A stretch of DNA of 64,000 nucleotides. Origin: an uncultured Caldilinea sp. (lineage in GTDB: Bacteria; Chloroflexota; Anaerolineae; Caldilineales; Caldilineaceae). A program made the translations under genes and the position numbers. The stretch lies in the NCBI RefSeq assembly GCF_937128415.1, contig NZ_CAKZMJ010000068.1, positions 133,308-197,307 on the forward strand, given 5' to 3'. The notes beneath the pieces were generated by a model. It was not told the origin of the DNA. It saw only the letters and a list, made by a program, of their open reading frames with translations, and made no database searches. Position 1 is the stretch's first letter; the number at the start of each line of letters is the position of its first letter. Shown here one piece after another: positions 47,743 through 64,000 of this stretch.

Positions 47743-48194
47743 TAGACAATCCGCTGCGCTCCGATGCTGACTATGAATTTTTCATTTACTCGATTGCCGA
47801 GTCTTTCCAGTCTATCGCGCGATCTACACTTACCTTTGTTCGACAAGGCGCCACTTTAGCGCGAGTTGCAGGCGAGTTACATTTTGCGGATGGGTACCGG
47901 ATTGTAGTGCGCGAGCGAATCGTTTATGACAGATTGCCAGCTCAGATCGACTGGTATGGATATGAAGTGTGGCGTCATGGCGAAAAACTTTTTTGGTATG
48001 ACTCACAACCTCATCCACACGAACCGACATTGCAAAGCACGCATCCTCATCATAAACATGTGCCGCCGGATATAAAACACAATCGAATTCCAGCGCCAGA
48101 AATGAGCTTTGTAAGACCCAATCTACCTGTGGTCATTAAAGAAGTTGAAGCATTGATTCGATTTCAGGATAATAAGAGTAACTTAGAAATCTGA
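47739..48194 (+). CDS. DUF6516/TumE-like protein (toxin-antitoxin system toxin-like family)
   Basis: YGYEVWRHGEKLFWYDSQPHPHEPTLQSTHPHHKHVPPDIKHNRIP...PNLPVVIKEVEALI matches my recollection of the TumE-family pattern (...YSYH.Q....FRYDN.PHHP...TFPHHKH......LeEvL.EI). Identified from memory only. Confidence 0.5.
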   Translation: MIDNPLRSDADYEFFIYSIAESFQSIARSTLTFVRQGATLARVAGELHFADGYRIVVRERIVYDRLPAQIDWYGYEVWRHGEKLFWYDSQPHPHEPTLQSTHPHHKHVPPDIKHNRIPAPEMSFVRPNLPVVIKEVEALIRFQDNKSNLEI

Positions 48195-48212
48195 AGGCAG
48201 TGGAGAAGCCGA

Positions 48213-49616
<1,404 letters not shown>

Positions 49617-49632
49617 TTGAGGAATTCATCAT

Positions 49633-50226
49633 ATGCAACCCTTTACGACCTTGACATCGACGGCTGCGCCGCTGCGCATGGAAAATGTGGACACCGACCA
49701 GATCATCCCGGCCCAATACCTGACCGCGGTCACCAAGGAGGGGATGGGCAAGGGGCTGTTCTCCTGGATTCGATACAATCCCGACGGCACGCCGAAGCCG
49801 GACTTCGTCCTCAACAAGCCCGAGTATCAGGGCGCGCAGATTCTGATCGCCGGACGCAACTTCGGCAGCGGGTCGAGCCGCGAGCACGCCGTCTGGGCGC
49901 TCACGGACTACGGCTTCCGCTGCGTCATCTCGCCGGGCTTCGCCGACATCTTCTACAACAACAGCCTGAAGAACGGGCTGCTGCCGATCGTGCTGCCCGA
50001 AGAGGTGGTCAACCTGCTCTGGGACCTGGTGGAGGAAGAGCCGGAGACGCTGCTCCACATCGACCTGCGCAGCCAGACGGTCACATTGCCCGACGGCCAA
50101 CAGCACAGCTTCGCCATCGATCCGTTCCGCAAGCTCTGCCTGCTCGAGGGCGTCGACGATCTGGGCTATCTGCTCTCCAAGGAAGAAGCCATCGCCGCCT
50201 ACGAAGCGCGGCCCCGCTGGACGTAA
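49633..50226 (+). CDS. leuD: 3-isopropylmalate dehydratase small subunit
   Basis: Aconitase swivel domain (...NVDTDQIIP...GRNFGSGSSREHA...). Confidence 0.9.
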   Translation: MQPFTTLTSTAAPLRMENVDTDQIIPAQYLTAVTKEGMGKGLFSWIRYNPDGTPKPDFVLNKPEYQGAQILIAGRNFGSGSSREHAVWALTDYGFRCVISPGFADIFYNNSLKNGLLPIVLPEEVVNLLWDLVEEEPETLLHIDLRSQTVTLPDGQQHSFAIDPFRKLCLLEGVDDLGYLLSKEEAIAAYEARPRWT

Positions 50227-50240
50227 CCGAGCAACTCCTC

Positions 50241-50279
50241 GCTGCGAGCCTGCACCCTCTTGTCAGGCTCGCAGCTTTC
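50241..50279 (+). terminator. Stem-loop terminator candidate after leuD
   Basis: gctgcgagcctg-caccctcttgt-caggctcgcagc then tttca. Confidence 0.45.
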
Positions 50280-50442
50280 AGAGCGAATTCATTTCCTTCA
50301 AATTCTCTTTCCTTTTAATTTGTAAGATTACGACCCTCTTCAGCTATAATTTTCTTTCAGCGCCTGCGGTTTAGACGCGCTCCCTGTTTATCGTCGATTT
50401 CGGACTGCGTGTGTTGACGTTTCCACCCTGAAAGGACGAAGC

Positions 50443-51627
<1,185 letters not shown>

Positions 51628-51661
51628 ATTGCATCTCTCCACAGCCAGCTGAGTTTCCACC

Positions 51662-54613
<2,952 letters not shown>

Positions 54614-54681
54614 ACGTGGGATGAGCCGCGGCAAGCGCCCCACTGCGCTTCGTCCGACGTCGGCTGAAGAAGGGAGACATC

Positions 54682-55683
<1,002 letters not shown>

Positions 55684-55690
55684 TGCAGAA

Positions 55691-56416
<726 letters not shown>

Positions 56417-56549
56417 GGGCGCTCCCCTGCTGATGAATGACCCTCGCTGCGCAATTGGCGCAGCTCGATTTCACAACTCACCTATTGTGCAACCTGATTT
56501 CACAAGCTCTTCCGAACGAAATCCTCATCCAAACCAGAAAATTCCAGGT

Positions 56550-56578
56550 TGACACCTGCAAAAAAGTATGCTACACTG
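56550..56578 (+). promoter_or_regulatory. Sigma70 consensus-like promoter (TTGACA-N17-TACACT)
   Basis: ttgacacctgcaaaaaagtatgctacact. Preceded by the AATTCCAGGTT motif, which is also found at 57762. Confidence 0.5.
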
Positions 56579-56585
56579 TTGGCCA

Positions 56586-56613
56586 TGAAAGAGCTTTCAT
56601 GAAAGCTCTTTCA
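56586..56613. promoter_or_regulatory. 28-bp perfect palindrome made of two abutting 14-mers, TGAAAGAGCTTTCA|TGAAAGCTCTTTCA (candidate tandem LacI-family operators)
   Basis: Each 14-mer fits the LacI/CcpA-type consensus TGNAAN-NN-NTTNCA. Immediately downstream of the -10 element and followed by a second hairpin (gtattcatg-N7-catgaatac). Confidence 0.5.
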
Positions 56614-56689
56614 GTATTCATGTTGATTGCATGAATACATACGCCCCAGAAAATCCAGGCATACGATTTTATCAGAAACGTTTTGTTGA

Positions 56690-57688
<999 letters not shown>

Positions 57689-57826
57689 GGGTCGTCTATT
57701 CAAACGCCGCCGCCGTTCTGCAGCGGATTGGAAAGGCGTCGCTCTCCTTATCGGTTAACCTCTGGAAATTTCCAGGTTAGCAATATAGGTTTTTCGCTCA
57801 ACTAGCATCAAAAGGAGAATGTCACT

Positions 57827-59227
<1,401 letters not shown>

Positions 59228-59266
59228 GAGATTCGTTTCGAGTTCACCGATCCTGACGAAAGTTCC

Positions 59267-59304
59267 GTTCTCGACGCCTTTCCTCGCCGGAAGGCGTCGA
59301 GAAC
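59267..59304 (+). other. Intercistronic stem-loop between the SBP and permease genes
   Basis: gttctcgacgcctt-N10-aaggcgtcgagaac is a perfect 14-bp stem. There is no T-run, so it is likely an mRNA-stabilising or attenuating hairpin rather than a full terminator. Confidence 0.35.
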
Positions 59305-59464
59305 CCTCCCTCACCGCCAAGCATGTCGAGTCGATCTGTGCGTAAGAGCCTTTAGGCAAACGACGCCCTCTTCGACATCGGACTGACGCCAAGGGCGCGC
59401 GTGAGGGATCGACATCCATGCAATTGTCGCCAGCTTCAGAGTCTAGTGAGAAGGAGCATCGACT

Positions 59465-61394
<1,930 letters not shown>

Positions 61395-61414
61395 GGCTCT
61401 TCTCCCTGGTTCTC

Positions 61415-63033
61415 TCACTCGATTTGATAGACTCTGGCCTCGTAGGGCCGGAGTCTATCCTTGTGCGTCTCCTCTGGATAGTTTCCGATCAGCGCTGCGC
61501 CCGCCGAGGCATGGCGCACCGTGCGCTCACTCAGGTTCAGCGCGACTTCGTACGTTCGCCCCCCAAGGCTGCGCCGATAGACGAACAGCTCCTCCGGCGC
61601 TTCGACGGGAAGAAACTCACCGTAGATCAGAGCGGGCGTCGCCTTGCGCAGCGCAATCATACGGCGATAGTAGTGAAAGACAGAGTTCGGATCGGCGAGA
61701 CTGGCCGCCAGGTTGATCTCTACATAGTTCGGATTGACGCCGATCCACGGTCGCCCGCGCGTGAAACCGGCGTTTGCCTCTGCGCTCCACTGATAGGGAG
61801 AGCGGCCGCGATCGCGAGATTTCGCCCGCACCTCTCGAAAGGCCGCCTGCGGATCGACGCCCGCCGCCACCTTTTCTCGATAAAGGTTGACCGTTCCAAC
61901 GTCGTTGTACGCTTCGATCGCATCGTAGTAGGCGTTGGTCATCCCGATCTCTTCGCCCTGGTAGATGAAAGGCGTGCCTTCAAGCGTCAAAAGCAGGGTG
62001 GCGAAGAGCTTGGCCGACTCCTCGCGATAGCGCGTCTCGTCGCCGAAGCAGGAGACAATGCGCGGCTGATCGTGGTTGCTGAAAGCGAGGCCCACCCAGC
62101 CGCGGCCATGCAAGCCGAGCTGCCAGCGCGTCAGGATCTCCTTCAGTTTCTGCTCGTCCCGACCCACCGTGTTGTAATAGTCGGTGTGCTCGAAAAGAAA
62201 GGCCATGTTGAGCTCGCCGCGCGCCGGCGCCGAGACGGCGATGGCGTCCTCGATCGTCAAGGCGGCGCATTCCCCCACCGTCATGATGTCGTAGTGCGCA
62301 AACACGGCGCGATTCAGCTCCTGCATGTACTCGTGAAAACGCGGCCCATTGCAGAAGTGTTGCAAGGAAAAGACATAGCGCCCCTCCCCTGGATTGTCAG
62401 GCAGGCCGGGGGCTTTTGAGATCAGATTGATGGCGTCCAGCCGAAAGCCGTCGATCCCTTTTTCCAACCACCAGCGCACGATCTGCTGCACTTCGCTGCG
62501 CACGGCAGGGTTTTCCCAGTTGAGGTCGGGCTGCTGAGGCGAAAAGATATGCAGATAATACTGTCCGGTCGTTGCATCGAACGTCCAGGCGGACTGGCTG
62601 AAATGGCCCGCCCAGTTGTTCGGCTCGCGTCCATCTCGGCCATCGCGCCAGATGTAATAGTCTCGATAGGGATTTGTGCGGGCGCGACGGCTTTCGACAA
62701 ACCACCGATGTTGGTCGGAGGTGTGGTTGACGACCAGGTCCATGATCACCCGCATCCCGCGGCGATGACACTCCGCCAGGAGACGCTCCAGGTCGTCCAT
62801 CGTTCCAAATTTAGGGTTCAGGGCGAAATAGTCGCTGATGTCGTAGCCGTTGTCCACCTCCGGCGAGGCGTAGATCGGGTTCAGCCAGAGCACATCGACG
62901 CCCAAATGGTGCAAAACATCGAGTTTTTCGATGACGCCGGGCAGATCGCCGACGCCGTCGTCGTTGCTGTCATAAAAGCTTTTGGGGTAAATCTGGTAGA
63001 CGACTGCTTCCTTCCACCAGCGCCGAAATTCGC

Positions 63034-63037
<4 letters not shown>
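61415..63037 (-). CDS. GH13 alpha-glucosidase (oligo-1,6-glucosidase / trehalose-6-phosphate hydrolase-like)
   Basis: [55 protein letters not shown] (nucleophile Asp), GECAALT (acid/base Glu), FSNHDQPR. Start at internal ATG 63037. The track ORF extends to 63466 across an Arg/Ala-rich, non-protein-like stretch. Confidence 0.9.
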
Positions 63038-63825
<788 letters not shown>

Positions 63826-63840
63826 CTCTCAGCGGGTGGG

Positions 63841-64000
63841 CTTATTTTGGACGCCGTCCCTCTTCAGCGGCTTCCAACAGAACGGCCAGCGTCTCGCGGG
63901 CGGCCTTCTCCCAGGAGAAGCGTTTCACATTGGCGTAGCCCGCCTCGATCAAGCGTTGACGCAGCGCCTCATCCTGGCTCAGGCGCAGCATCGCGTCGGC
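63841..64000 (-). CDS. C-terminal fragment of a glycosyltransferase (GT4-like); 5' end outside the window
   Basis: Reverse-complement translation ...ADAMLRLSQDEALRQRLIEAGYANVKRFSWEKAARETLAVLLEAAEEGRRPK* resembles GT4 C-termini. Confidence 0.5.

Noticed and set aside
61424-62419. 331-aa + strand ORF
   Set aside because: Antisense of the GH13 glucosidase, which has all catalytic signature regions on the minus strand.

Overview
This is a high-GC (~65-68%) bacterial chromosomal window. It is dense with genes and contains no rRNA, tRNA or CRISPR. In order it carries: a partial LysR regulator divergent from a single-domain protoglobin; an ABC-2 exporter operon led by a large secreted protein; an S8 subtilase lacking a signal peptide, followed by a separate small ORF that looks like a subtilase I9 propeptide; moeA; two convergent giant secreted proteins (one PQQ beta-propeller with a TP-linker and a LamG/ConA-like domain, one beta-helix with DUF11 repeats); a qor-formamidase-amidase operon; a LacI-regulated ribose-type sugar ABC transporter; and a DtxR/MntR-controlled TroABCD-like metal ABC transporter. 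Next is a region of lower GC (~50-58%, 29.2-35.2 kb) holding an unusual minus-strand cluster: a REC domain fused to an APH-like kinase, a small P-loop NTPase, an SPFH/Band-7 membrane protein, an HNH/His-Me nuclease and a SAM-methyltransferase-HIT fusion. This cluster lies immediately downstream of a PocR-histidine kinase / REC / multi-GAF histidine kinase signalling cluster. The remainder of the window holds FTCD-like and DinB-like proteins, gltB, an AT-rich TumE/DUF6516-like two-gene insertion, leuCD, a MacAB-like efflux system (a 983-aa FtsX permease plus two ATPase genes), and a LacI-regulated alpha-glucoside locus (substrate-binding protein, two permeases, GH13 glucosidase) followed by glycosyltransferases. 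The most interesting candidate for a previously undescribed system is the low-GC REC-kinase / NTPase / SPFH / HNH / MTase-HIT island and its possible control by the adjacent histidine kinases. All coordinates not copied from the ORF track are hand-counted from the printed sequence and may be off by about 1 nt (checks against the track's leuD and REC ORFs each disagreed by 1 nt).
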